From NCBI GenBank assembly GCA_951406725.2, contig OX597823.1:64356001-64420000 (forward strand): a stretch of DNA of 64,000 nucleotides, read 5' to 3'. Of this stretch, positions 1 to 13,962 are shown piece after piece. This stretch comes from Octopus vulgaris. Lineage: Eukaryota. The notes beneath the pieces are model-generated. The model had not been told where the DNA came from. It saw only the letters and a list, made by a program, of their open reading frames with translations, and searched no databases. The stretch's first letter is position 1; each line of letters starts with the position of its first letter. A program made the translations under genes and the position numbers.

Positions 1-352
1 AAATTTTGTTGTGTCTTGGGAAAGTCATTATGTCAATAACAACAACAAACACACAGGTTCAACATCTCTTCTTTATTGTTAGTCGTTTGGTTAAATATCT
101 AACCGACAAACTAATTGATTATTTGTTTAATGTGCTGATTAAACAATCAATTGGTTGTTTGTCAGTCAAAGTTCATTCATTGCTGTATTTGACCTTTTCA
201 GTGACATTGACTTTTCCTCTCAATCAAATGTCTGTTCTGTTTCTGTCTGAGAATTGGTCTTACATCTGTGTGTACGCATACTTGTTTGCTTGTGTGTTAA
301 TGTGTGATTGCTTTGAAGAAGAAATGAGAGTGAGAGTAAGAGAAGAGCTTGT

Positions 353-394
<42 letters not shown>

Positions 395-414
395 ATGTGC
401 GTGTGTGTAAGAGA

Positions 415-970
415 GAGAGAGGATTGAGAGAGCAATGTATGCAATTAAAGTGACACTGGGGTAAAATATACAAAGCCCAATATACCCATCATAACTACCT
501 GTCTGATAAGGGTATACCAGACTCATGCATCACAACCATATGTGCACAACATGATCTCATATCAACATAAATAGCTCAAGACCTTGCAGGTGGGGCCCTG
601 TTAGAAACTTCTTCATGTCGAGTTGCTCATCCTACTCAAAAGGTCCCTGAATAAGGGTTGTTTCAGGGTGTTGAATGAAACACCCATGTTTCCATAGGAA
701 AATTATTCAAATCCCAAAGAATTCCCCTCAATACATGGCTATGATGTTCCCCTACCCATTACTTCTGCTCATGATCAGAGATTCACATACTGTCAGTCAC
801 TAAGGGACATGCTCAACTGGTCATGGTCAAACAACTGACAAGCAAATCTGTGGTATTGAGCAGAATATTTACTATAACCCATCTTTTATAATCAAGACAA
901 AGCAATGTACATGATAACACTTCCAATCAGTTACGATAAGAAACCATGAGAGCCACAGCCTGGTACTACA
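415..970 (-). repeat. Non-coding interspersed repeat bordered by TTA/TAA repeats; partial second copy at about 17645-17760
   Basis: Segment aaagtgacactgg...aagccca...ctgataagggta recurs at 17682-17755. Both copies abut TTA repeats. No ORF; strand is inferred. Confidence 0.55.
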
Positions 971-1569
971 TTATTATTGTTGTTGTTAGTGGCTTTTCAT
1001 CTGTCTTTACATTGTGAGTTCAAATTCTGCTGAGGTCGATTTTGCCTTTCATCCCTTCCAGGTTGATAAAATAAGTACCAGTTGAGCACTGGGGTCAAAT
1101 GTAATTGCTTTACCCCCTCCCCCAAAATTGCTTGCCTTGAGCCAAAATTTGAAACCATTATTATTAACATCATTATTATTAATATCATCATCATCATCAT
1201 CATCATTATTATAATCATTATTATTATAAAGGAGAGTAGATTGGTAGAATTGTTAGATTATCAGAAGAAATACTTTGAAGTATTTGTTTCAGTTCTTTCC
1301 ATTCTAAGTTCAAATCATTTGTCTTTTTATCTTTTTAGGATTAATAAAACAAAATACCAGTCAACTACTGGGGTTGAGAGTACTGACTAAACACTCCCTC
1401 TCAAACCAGCTGCCTTGTGTCTTAATTAGGAATAGTTATTAATACTCTTTATTCATTTATTTGTTTCAGTCTTTGACTGTGGCCATGCTGGAGCACCACT
1501 TGTGCTGGATGCACAGGTCCTGTTTTCTGTTCGGCTAAAAATTATCAAACTTTAAACACCTCTCTCTTT

Positions 1570-2054
<485 letters not shown>

Positions 2055-3399
2055 ATATTATATCTTTTTAAAGCTATTGTATTTTGATGTTCTTTATTAT
2101 ATAAAAGAAACACAGATAAGAATATTTTGATGGCATATATTTTAGCATTTTCCATGATATGTCTTTTAATGATTCTGGAGACTTGGGAAACATATTCATT
2201 AATTTCTTTTAGAAATTCTTTTATAATTAATGAATTCTATCACCAGAAACTGATTTTCATCACGTAGCATTTGCGAGGAGAAATTCACCAAGAGAAATTC
2301 TCCAGCAAAATTGCAAACGTAGCCACTACATACTGGGCCATTCCTTGCTGTTTGTCAAATTGTTTCTTATACACCCACACATAGAGACAGACACAGATGT
2401 ACATATGTGCATATGTATGTATGTACGTACGCACATATGTATATATGTATGTATCAGTGGTGCTTACTGTGATGAATAGTGATATCACACATTATTAGAG
2501 ATTGCAACACAGAGACATAGAGTTCAATTAAGCTAAGACAGTAATTATTTATTTATCTGCTTAATTGAGTTATTATTGTCTCTTTCCATACCAACTACTT
2601 AAATTTGTTTCTCTCTCTCTCTGTTTTCTTTTATTCGGAGGTCTTGTGCTCTTACAGAAGTTGCCTACAATGCAGCATTTGTACTCTATGTCGCTTATTT
2701 GCAGTATTTCATTCAAAGTCACTGCTCTTCTTTCTTCTCTCAGTTTCCATTTCATCTTCCTTCTTCTACTTCATGACAAGGCGCCGCAAGCTACGAAGAC
2801 ACATGCTGGTCTGTTTTGACGCTGTTTGTCAGCTTATTTCTCCATGTATCTAGCATCTTGCAGTTATCTGTGATAGATGATAATATCACAGATTATTATG
2901 GCTAGCAACAAAGAAGCATGAAATTAAATTCAGCTAAGATTATAATTATTTATATATCTAATTAAACTAATTGTGCTATTCTGTCAAACAAGCATGCATA
3001 ATTAGTAGTAACGAGGGTGACCACCCAGCTGCCATCACTGCTATTTTGATAAATATGTCCAGATGCTGTTACTCTAATTGCACCCAGTTACTCTGTTGGT
3101 GCATAATAGTATACGTCTATGCGATACTTGTGTAGTCCTGACTAGAGTGTCTTGAGATGTGATCTTCAACAGAAATGAAGGCAACCCGACTAGGATAGCA
3201 GTAACTCTGAATGGATTATCTGCATGGATGAGGCATAAAGCAACTTATGAAGGGGTACTGTAACTTTCAATAAAAACTAATACTATGTAAAGAGGAGACT
3301 TTAGACCTCACAGATCATTTAGAGTTAGTGATATTATAGAATACACTCATCATAACTCTATTCATCATTGTTTTGATATCCTCTTTTCCATTCTTCTTG

Positions 3400-3706
3400 T
3401 GGAGACACATGGCCTTATGGTTAGAGCAGCGGACTCGCGGTCAGGGGATTGTGGTTTCGAATCTCAGACCGGGCAATGTGTGTGTTTATGAGCGAAACAC
3501 CTAATTTCCACATGGCTCTGGCAGAAAGTAATGGCAAACTTCTGCTCACTCCTTCACCACAACTTTTTCTCACTCTTTCCTCCTGCATCTTGCCGCTCAC
3601 CTGCGATGGACCGGCGTCCCGTCCAGGTGGGGAACCTATACACCACGGAAACCGGGAAACCGGCCCTTATGAGCCAGAAATGGCTTGAAAAGGAACAAAC
3701 AACAAC
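3400..3706 (+). mobile_element. tRNA-derived SINE, family C (V-domain-like core)
   Basis: Head tggccttatggttagagc...gtttcgaatctc, core cctgcgatggaccggcgtcccgtccagg, tail aacaaacaacaac. Other copies at 22700, 36331 and 42683. Confidence 0.8.
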
Positions 3707-3908
3707 ATGCTTCTTGGATGGGTTGGATAATGGTTATTGAAGCACATTTTTTTGTATGGCCAGTTGCCATTCATTTTACCTGCCCTTACCTGTTTCCAAG
3801 TAAGGAAATATTTCTCCATGTCCAGAAGGTTTTTTTACTGAATATTGGGAATGACTGACATTTATTTACAACAATCACATGATGTCAAGACAACACGCCA
3901 CAAGCACG

Positions 3909-3955
<47 letters not shown>

Positions 3956-4311
3956 ACACACACACACGCACATTTATGTATATACAAAATGCACCTTTCA
4001 TATTTCTTTACTGCCCACAAGTAAAAGAGTAAATGTATAACATTTACTCTTTTACTTGTTTCAGTCATTTGACTGTGGCCATGCTGGAGCACCGCCTTTA
4101 GTCAACCAAATCAACCCCAGGACTTATTCTTTGTAAGCCTAGTACTTATTCTATTGGTCTCTTCTGCCAAACTGCTAAGTTATGGGGATGTAAACACATC
4201 AGCATCGGTTGTCAACCAATGTTGGGGTGGGGACAAACACAGACATATATACACGCATACATACATACATACATATACATACATACATACATACATACAT
4301 ACATACATACA

Positions 4312-4345
<34 letters not shown>

Positions 4346-4909
4346 CAACAAGCTTCTTTCAGTTTCTGTCTACCAAATCTGGCAATGGTTCTACAGCTGG
4401 ATGCCCTTCCTAACACCAACCACTCATTCCCTTTTATGTTCAGTTTGTAGACCAGGACAGAAATTGCTGGATAGTGTCCATAGTCTCAGTTGGTCGTGCT
4501 TAGGAATCCAGATGGAATGTGTAATGACAATCACTTCTGACAGGCCCCTATGGAGGCAGTACCTAAGGATTCTATCTCCACAACCATCCCAGGAATAGTG
4601 GGTGGCAAAAATGGATGGAGTTTATTATTAGTACAAGTGGGACTACAAACCCATATAAACAATCATCCACTGGAACTTAAATTCAATGCTTTAACCATTC
4701 TACCATTCTGGTATTACATTTCAAAATCTAAATTTTACAGCAGAAATCCATTTAAAATTAACAAAATGGTAAATAATATGTTGTTTCTGAATTTTTTTTT
4801 TTTTAAATTTCATTTTATCATAACAGATTTCTTGAAAAGAAATTGTAAAACAGTTAAATTAATTCATTTTTCAGTGTTGTATATTATAAAAAATATTTCT
4901 TTATGTGTA

Positions 4910-5009
<100 letters not shown>

Positions 5010-5875
5010 TGTATGTATGTATGTATGTATGTATAACAGTTCATAGGAGTAAACAATTTAATGAATCTTTATAGAAAGATTATAATAATACATGATAATA
5101 CAAACAGAAATAATAAATATATATAGAACTGAGGTGGCATTTAGTCTGGAGTTTTAATCAAAATAAATCAAATAAAAAAAAAACCAATAGCAAGAAAAAA
5201 TAGATGGAACCGCAAAGACTGCCAGAAACATAAAAAGCAATGAAAGTTTCTAAATTATCACCATCCTCACCATCTTCATCATCACCATTATCAAGATTGC
5301 TATCATAGTCATCATCATCACTGTCATTATCATCAATGCTGTCACCGTCGTCGTCATCATCTTCATCACTATCATTATCAACATTGTCACTACCACCTTG
5401 CATAACCATCACCATCATCATCACTGTCATCCTCATCATCATTTTTACATGTTCCTCAAGGCTTGCATGGGAAGCTTCGGTCTTCTCCAACACATTGTCT
5501 CACCCCTTACTTGTCGTCTTTTTTCACCTCATTTCTCATCTGTGGGGTTTGGCATTTTTAGATTGGCCCTTATCACTTCTTCCCATGTGCTTTTCTTTTA
5601 TTTTCTTCTCTTATCTCTTCTACAAGTGCCTTTGGACCGCTTGGTAAACTTCCCTCCATATACACCTCGTCTTCATACAGACTAGCACATTCTCCTCTCT
5701 CGCTCAAAACAACTGATTTCTCTTACCCCACTTTTTCTCACAACTTTGTCATTGATAATTACTAACATTACACATTCAGAAAAACACTCTTCATGCTCTG
5801 CAAGATGTGTGATAGTTGTAATTATCTTTCTTCCACCTTTCAAGCTTCCTTCATGCATCCTCTGTATTCTCTCTT

Positions 5876-6282
5876 TCACTCTTTTACTTGTTTCAGTCAT
5901 CTGACTGCGGCCATGCCGGAGCACCGCCTTTAATCGTGCAACTTGACCCCGGGACTTATTCTTTTTGTAAGCCCAGTACTTATTCTATCGGTCTCTTTTG
6001 CCGAACTGCTAAGTAACGGGGACATAAACACACCAGCATCGGTTGTCAAGCAATGCTAGGGGGACAACCACAGACACACAAACACACACACACACACATA
6101 TATATATATACATATATACGACGGGCTTCTCTCAGTTTCCGTCTATCAAATCCACTCACAAGGTTTTGGTCGGCCCGAGACTATAGTAGAAGACACTTGC
6201 CCAAGGTGCCACACAGTGGAATTGAATCCGGAATAATGTGGCTGGTAAACAAGCTACTTACCACACAGCCACTCCTGTGCCT
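5876..6282 (-). mobile_element. SINE family A, full length
   Basis: Near-identical to 8190-8583 and the reverse complement of 40953-41366. Confidence 0.88.
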
Positions 6283-6346
6283 ATATTCAGTACCTCTATA
6301 TAATATCATGCAACATCACACTTTTGGCTGTGTGGTAAGCAGATAG

Positions 6347-6692
6347 GTGTAGGAGTGGCTGTGTGGTAAGTAGATTGCTTACAACCCACTTGGTTCCAGG
6401 TTCAGTCCCACTGTGTGGCACCTTGTGCGAGTGTCTTCTACTATAGCCTCAGGCCGACCAAAGCTTTGTGAGTGGATTTGGTGAGCTGGCAGAAACGTTA
6501 GCATTCTGGGCAAAATGCTTAGCAGTATTTCGTTTGTCTTTATGTTCTGAGTTCAAATTCCGTCGAGGTCAACTTTGCCTTTCATCCTTTTGGAGGGTTG
6601 AAAAATTAAGTACCAGTTGCATACTGGGTCGATCTAATCGACTGGGCTCCTTCCCCAAAATGTTAGGCCTTGTGCCTAGACTAGAAAAGAAT
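6347..6692 (+). mobile_element. SINE A head fused directly to a SINE B copy
   Basis: A head runs to gtggatttg at about 6480, then gtgagctggcagaaacgttagc (B head) and the core gcctttcatcctttt follow. Confidence 0.75.
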
Positions 6693-6787
6693 ATAGAAAC
6701 ATTTCCTATGGCACCAGCACACAATTTACAGATGCTTACATTTTTGAATTTTCCGTGAATTCTTCATGGATCACCTAGTATATATAT

Positions 6788-7080
6788 ATATATTAAACTA
6801 TGGTTGCAAAACAAACAAATATAAGGTCATCCACATAACATTTCGTATCTCGAACATTTAATCCCATAATGCTTTTTCTTTCACATAGAATATGTATTCA
6901 CACATTTTTCTTATATTTTTCTTATATGCTTGTATTGGTGAGTTGTGTTTCATCTTCTGTGATTTTATGCATGTATATTCTATGTGAAAGAAAAAGCATT
7001 ATGTGATTAAATGTTTGAGATATGAAATGTTACGTGGATGACCTTATATCTGTTTGTTCTGCAACCATAGTTTAATATAT
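6788..7080. repeat. Imperfect inverted repeat, arms about 105 bp
   Basis: tattaaactatggttgca...ttctttcacatagaata versus tattctatgtgaaagaa...tgcaaccatagtttaata. Confidence 0.85.
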
Positions 7081-7158
7081 TTGTCTCATTTAATTGAGCA
7101 CTTCTATCGCAGTCCTATTAAACATTTTGTTCCTGATAAGAAACAATCACTTTATTAT

Positions 7159-7255
<97 letters not shown>

Positions 7256-7964
7256 TATATATATATATATATTATCTACACTATACAGTATTATATATTC
7301 ATTATGGCTGATCTTACCAATTGGTATCGAGTTAGGGATTTGATGAAGTGTTAGGTTACAATCTGATATCAGGTACCTCTGATGACTGCAGGGTTGCATA
7401 ATCAGATTTTTACCTTAGATTCCATTGAATCCCTAGCCTGAAACCGATGGGTAAAATCGGCTGTGATAGATATATAATACTGTACTCTTTGGATGATATA
7501 CCCACTCTTTTGACAGATATACAAGGGCATCTTTTTACTGACTTATGGACTTTTAGATGACTTTTACACACACACATACACAGCCATCTGATATAAAATC
7601 ACTTTGGGACTCGCTGTGTTAAAATCACAATGAATATCTTAAAGATGAAAATTTATTCTAGCAGCAATCGGTGTGAGCACCAGATGCATTTCAGCCTTTA
7701 AGGGAGCTATTCAATGATATGTACTCACAGCTAGCTATAATTTCAGACAAAAATTTGCCATCTCTGATATTGAGTTTTTAGCACAATATATCCATAAGGG
7801 ATGTTATCTCAGGACAGATACTATAGTAACTGGCCTACCAACAGTGTATACATTAAATATGATACATAGATTGCTATCTTAAGTAAATACAGCCTCAGTT
7901 GCATATACCAAATATAACTACATAAATATATAAATTCAAGTACTCACACACACACACACTCACA

Positions 7965-8000
<36 letters not shown>

Positions 8001-8189
8001 TACAATGCATTTTTTTGTGGCTATTAGGGTCTTTGATTCTTGTTTCTAGCAATGTAGGTGTTACCCTGCACCCTCAATAACTATTAGTGACAATTGAATT
8101 ATATATATGTATATATTTATATCTATATCTATCTATCTGTCTGTCTGTCTGTTTGTCTGCCTGTCTGTCTATATGTACATATATATACT

Positions 8190-8583
8190 CTTTACTCTTA
8201 CTCTTTTACTTGTTTCAGTCATTTGACTACGGCCATGCTGGAGCACCGCCTTTAGTCGAGCAAATCGACCCCGGGACTTATTCTTTGTAAGCCCAGTACT
8301 TATTCTATCGGTCTCTTTTGCCGGACCGCTAAGTGACGGGGACGTAAACACACCAGCATCGGTTGTCAAGCAATACTAGGGGGACAAACACACACACACA
8401 CATACACATATATATATACATATATACGACAGGCTTCTTTCAGTTTCCATCTACCAAATCCACTCACAAAGCATTGGTCGGCCCGGGGCTATAGCAGAAG
8501 ACACTTGCCCAAGGTGCCACGCAGTGGGACTGAACCCGGAACCATGTGGTTGGTTAGCAAGCTACTTACCACACAGCCACTCC
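8190..8583 (-). mobile_element. SINE family A, full length, close to the other full-length copies
   Basis: Complete head, body and tail; CpGs retained. Confidence 0.9.
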
Positions 8584-8747
8584 ATATATATATATATATA
8601 TACATACATATATACTTACATACATACGTACATACATAGCTACATACATACATACATACATGTGTATAGTTTATAGATTAGAGACAGGTATTTTCTATAT
8701 AGAATACACTTTGTAGTGGTCAAGAGATTTAAACTTGAGCAAGTAGA

Positions 8748-9195
8748 GGAGTAAATGTAATGACAAGCAACTTAAGGCAAGTTGATATACAAAGAATATT
8801 CAATACATTTAATACAAAGAATGTACATATGTTTACATATAAAAAGGTCTGAGTTACACCGAATAGAAGTGATATCAAGAATTAAAGAGATTGAATAAGA
8901 GTTTTACAAGTTGAACAACTATTTCTGGGGGCTTGGTAATCCAAAATAATCTTTAAACTCCATTCTGTCAATATCTCAAATGTAAAGTTTTTCCCTGAAG
9001 ACGGAAGCTGGTATTATCCAATGATGGAATCAATTTACACTCATTATTTAGAATCACTAATCCCCCAGAAACAGCTGTTCGACTTGTAAAACTCTTATTC
9101 AACCCCTCTAATTTCTTATATAATTTGTATTCTTTGGAAGTAAGACCGTTTTTATATGTAAACATATGTACCTTGCTTGTCCTCACATTTACTCC
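8748..9195. repeat. Diverged inverted repeat with a hammerhead-like motif (probable Penelope pseudo-LTR remnant)
   Basis: ttgaataagagttttacaagt pairs with acttgtaaaactcttattcaa, and gtacatatgtttacatataaaaa pairs with tttttatatgtaaacatatgtac. CTGAAGA at 8995 and GAAAcagctgT at 9068. Confidence 0.7.
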
Positions 9196-9211
9196 CCATA
9201 CATACTACATA

Positions 9212-10487
9212 CACTGGCGAAAATAAATTTAAGACCGATGATAAAAGTTCTATTCCTTACAAAATATTTTGTTCGTTGATATAATTGAATAATTGTTTTA
9301 GATTAGATGGTTTTATTAGCATGGACTTTTTGGAAATATAATTCCACAAGTTCTTAATCAGATTCAGGTCCGGGCTCTGGGGAGGCCATTTGATTATGTC
9401 AATATTATGGTGATCAAAAAATTCCATAACCTTTTTGGCTTTGTGCACAGGACAATTGTCCTACTGATAAATAGCTCCTGGAGGCATTTGGTGAGTCAAA
9501 TATGGCATAACATTATCCTTTAGTAGATTCATATAACCTACACTATTTAGCTTTCCATCGACTTTAACTAGAGGGCCAACACCAAAGCTACTAAATGCTG
9601 CCCACACCATCACCCCCCACCCACTTGCGTTGTCTTTTTCACGCATTTCAGATAGAATTCCTCGGTTGGGCGATGCCTGACATATGTTTTACCATCTGAT
9701 CCAAATATACAGAAGCGTGACTCGTCACTTCAAAGGAGCCTGCATCAATCTTTGGCAGTAGATTGAGCATGGCTTTTTGTGAAATTAAGGCGTTTGAGTC
9801 GATTTTGTTTGGATATTATTGGCCTTTTCCTAGTGATTTGTACATGTATTCCAAATTCTCTCAAACGGCTGTGGACAGTTTGTAGTGTAAAAATAACACC
9901 ATCCTTGTGGGACAATTGTTTACAAATGTCAGCAGCTGTCAGCATTCAGTTGCCTTCCGAAAATTGGAGGATTCGATGGTCCAACTTTGGCAGCGTTTTT
10001 CTTGGGGTGCCAGTCCTTTGCCGATCTTTATATTGACCAGTCTCTGTATAACTTCCACGCTTGCACACAACTTTAGTTGCTTGCTGATGTTCAAAAAGGA
10101 AACTTTTTGCTGGTGGGGTAATATTATTTTTACTCTCGTGACTGTACTGAGGCTACGTTGTTTTCTCATTATTAATCAATTGTATTAGATTATAACGCTA
10201 TATAGTACAGTTAGGCTAGTTGTGTGACTGCCCATTTTAGCCAAAAGATTTGCATACATATTACATAGACTTAAACTAATTTTGCCAGTAAATTTGAAAC
10301 ATTTCTATTAATTTAGCATTAGAATTCTTCAAGTTGTATAAAAATAGTTATTGTCTGCATCATTTGAAAGAGAAATAAATTCTGCATAAGGTGTAAAAGA
10401 TAAAAATAATTTATATGGTGTTAGTAACAAAATATTTTATAAGAAATAGAACTTTTATCATCGGTCTTAAATTTATTTTCGCCAGTG
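9212..10487 (-). mobile_element. Tc1-family DNA transposon (DD34E), inactivated
   Basis: TIRs of about 62 bp (cactggcgaaaataaatttaagaccgatg...) with TA at both ends. Fragmented transposase: SDESRF, GVMVWAAFS..GVGPL, YQ*DNCPVH, WPPQSPDLNLIK(E)NLW, with 34 residues between the second D and the E position. Confidence 0.93.
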
Positions 10488-10809
10488 TATATACATATAT
10501 CAGCCATCACCATGATTGACTGCTAGCCACTAAATCTTTTTTATTTTCTCACCCTGTTCATTTTCTTGTGTTCCTTTCTGTTGAAGATCGTAGGCTTGAA
10601 ATGTAAAAGACTTTCTCACCTTCCTGAGCGTTAAACTAATACACCTGTTTGTTGTTTACCCACCTGTCTTCATCTTTTTTTTTTGTAAATTCCAACTATA
10701 TATACATACATATATACATACATACAAATATATATTAAATATATATACACATACTTACATACATACACATACACACACACACACATATATATCATATATA
10801 TACATATAC

Positions 10810-11200
10810 ATCATCATTATCATCATCATCGTTTAATGTCCGGTTTCCATGCTGACATAGGTTGGACGGTTTGACTGAGGGCTGGCAAGCCAGAAGACTG
10901 CACCAGGCTACAATCTGACCTGGCAAAGTTTCTACAGCTCGATGCCCTTCCTAACACCAACCACTCCAAGAGTGTAGTGGGTGCTTTTTACATGCTACCA
11001 GCATGAGGGCCAGTCAGGCAGTACTGGCATTGACCACACTTGAATGGTGCTTTTTATGTACCACTGGCATGGGAGTCAGTCGGGCGTTACTGGCAATAAC
11101 CATGTTCAAATGATGCTTTTTACGTGCTACTGGCACGAGTGGCAATCAGGAGGCACTGTCATTGCCCATGACAATGACTTCAGTTGACTCAACAAGTCTC
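10810..11200 (-). mobile_element. SINE-like family D with (GAT)n tail and internal tandem units of about 65 bp
   Basis: catcatcgtttaatgtcc...gatgcccttcctaacaccaaccactcc. Other copies at 19965, 31700, 33167, 48860 and 52010. Confidence 0.78.
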
Positions 11201-11265
11201 TGCAAGCACAGTTTATTGCCCAATATATATGCATAAATATACACACACGCACACACACGCACACA

Positions 11266-11322
<57 letters not shown>

Positions 11323-11335
11323 GTGTGTGTATATA

Positions 11336-11371
<36 letters not shown>

Positions 11372-12309
11372 TATTAATAAATATATTTCTCAACATGCAT
11401 ATTTATGGGTGGGGAAATTATATCATTATATATAAATTTATTAATTAAATCAGAAATTAATTGTTAAATCCTCTGGACACTAAACAGAAGGAAATTAAAT
11501 TCATGTCAGTTACTAAATAGATTGCCTTTATATAGGAGAGTGTCTTTCCCAACTACACATGTATACACACACCTCTACACATATATGCTTACATATCCAT
11601 TGACAATCCACATACATGGTACATGCATTCACTAACAAATAGACACAAATTCATAAGTGCACACTCAGACACTGAAAATTTACAATTTTCTTCAAGACTA
11701 CTTCTATTTTGAGCACTTGAATATTGTATATTCTAATAATTGCTTTAATAATAATGATGGACTCTCCTGTCGAAGACAATGTATGAGTGTTCAGTGTTTG
11801 CCGAAGAACCTACAGAAATGATTTGTTTATTATGGTCAAATGTTTGTGCTTCACATTAGCTTACTCATTCCATCAAATCAAGATTGTCTGAAGGAGCACA
11901 CAGTGTACCATATGTCAGGTCTCAAAGTGATCGCAGAACAATGTTTTACTGAAGAACACAACACACCACCCGGTCTAGGAACTGAAACCATGATCTCACA
12001 ATCATGAATGCAACACCGTAACCAGTAAGGTCATGTGACCTCTTGTATAATAATCCTTTCTACTAAAGGCACAAGGCCTGAAATTTTGGGGGAGGGGAAC
12101 CAGTTGATTACATCGACCTCAGTCTTTTACTGGTACCTAATTTGTCAACCCTGAAAGGATGAAAGGCAAAGTTGACCTGAGTGGAATTTGAACTCAGAGT
12201 GTGCAGACAGACGAAATGCTACTAAACACTTTGCCTGGCATGCTAACGATATTGCCTGCTCGCTCCCTTGCCCTCGTGAATAATTATAATGATGACAATG
12301 TTAATAATA

Positions 12310-13200
12310 TATACAAGAAATTGAAAATGAATGAAACTGAAAATAGGTGGGTAAAGAAAAGAATGCATGGTCAATTTCATAGGGATGTTGAAGATAAGAC
12401 AGACAGAGAAAAAAGATGGATGGGGATGACTAAAAGTAATTTAAAACCGGAAATGGAGACTCTAATCTGTGCTGCCCAAGAGCAAGTACTAGGAACAAAC
12501 TACATAAAATACAGAGTAGTCAACACATCAGAAAGTGATAAGTGCAGAATCTGTGAACAAAATGGTGAAACTTTATGGCATATTACCAGGCAATGTACAC
12601 CACTAGCCCAGAAGGAATATAAGAGATGCCCCGACAATATAGCCAGGCTTGTCCATAGGACACTTTACAACAAGTATGGACTTGACAGAGGAAAAAATTG
12701 GTACGACCACAAACCTGAAGGCATCGTCAAAAATGGAAATGCAAAGATCCTATGGTATTTTATGATTCAGTGCAACCATGAGATAGAGAATAGGAAGCTG
12801 GACATAGTCTTAATTGAGAAAGAAAATAAACTATGCTGGATCATAGATATAGCATGCCCAGCTGACAACATGGCATGTGATAAGGAAGAAAGAAAAGTTG
12901 TAAGATATGACAGGTTAGCTTGGGAAGTTAAGCAGTTGTGGTCGATGAAAAAGGTAGCAGTAATGCCAATAATTGTCAGAGCCCTGGGAACAGTGAACAA
13001 AAATCTCGAGATTTAATTGGAACAAATAGGGGCTGCAATAAGGGTGGAGCACTTGCAGAAAATGGCACTGCTTGGAACCACTTGAATACTCCGAAGGTGC
13101 TCGAAAAATAAGAGGTGTTACCTTAGTTCACTGGTAGTGAACAGCTGACACCGTAGTACGTCTTCAGCATTAGAAGCTGTGCAAAGGCAATAATAATAAT
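12310..13200 (+). mobile_element. 5'-truncated R4/Dong-clade non-LTR retrotransposon (CCHC zinc knuckle plus restriction-like endonuclease), pseudogenised
   Basis: ORF 12201-13016 contains MHGQF, AAQEQ, CRIC-x8-H-x4-C, RKLDIV..IIDIACP..K..RY and PIIVRALGT. LQKMALLGT follows the stop. The element ends in a (TAA)n tail at about 13190. The ORF's first codons come from an upstream SINE B. Confidence 0.88.
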
Positions 13201-13247
13201 TCAGAAATTCAAAAATTCAATGATGTGAACATCAGTATATATATATA

Positions 13248-13280
<33 letters not shown>

Positions 13281-13641
13281 CATTATTTTTCCTATCAGTA
13301 ATTAAAAATAGAACAAGGTGAAATGCTTCTTTTCAAGACCGAGGTCAGTGCTCTCATTGATCGCTAGTAGAAGTAAATATATTTGACCTCTGCTGACCCA
13401 AAGGGTGTGAGGCCTATTTTGTCTCCTTATCACACAGGAATGTCCATTGCTGACCTCCTCACTATCTTCGGAATTTATGTACAGACCTTTAGAATTTGGT
13501 CTTAATTAGCAAGCTGCTACTCTTCCTCCTACACAGCCATGAAGTGACACCCACCACCCTGGGTAGGTGGGCAGGTTATTCACCTCTTCAGTTTAGCCAA
13601 CTTTCAGCCCCTACTGAATAGATTTTACACCCACAATTTGA

Positions 13642-13962
13642 ATTACAGAGACTATGGAAAGTGTGGGTAAAATGTATCCCAGTAGTTATAGGTGCATTGG
13701 GAACTATCCCTAAAGATCCAAATAGATAGATAGAGGAAATAGGCATAAAACCCAGTTTAGTACAGCTGTGGGAAACAGTGTTATTAGGGACAGCTAGGAT
13801 ATTTAGGAGGGTTCTTAGTATCTAAGGTTACTTGCTGTAACCCGATAGGAGGGTTCTTGGCATCTAAGGCTACTTGTTGCAGCTCAATGTTAGCATTCTT
13901 TTCTTTTTCAACATTGGGTATAATCTATTGGGTATATAGGAATAACAATAACAACAATAATA
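13642..13962 (+). mobile_element. Second, diverged R4/Dong 3' end fragment
   Basis: Translates to LQRLWKV..CIPVVIGALGTIPK...VLLGTARIFRRVLSI*. Has a (TAA/CAA) tail and a tandem duplication of about 42 bp across the stop. Confidence 0.75.

Noticed and set aside
3400-3475. tRNA gene
   Set aside because: It has A/B boxes but no acceptor stem or terminator, and it continues into a SINE body.
7379-7465. Hammerhead (CTGATGA...GAAAccgat)
   Set aside because: Stem I cannot be formed and the cleavage-site geometry is ambiguous.
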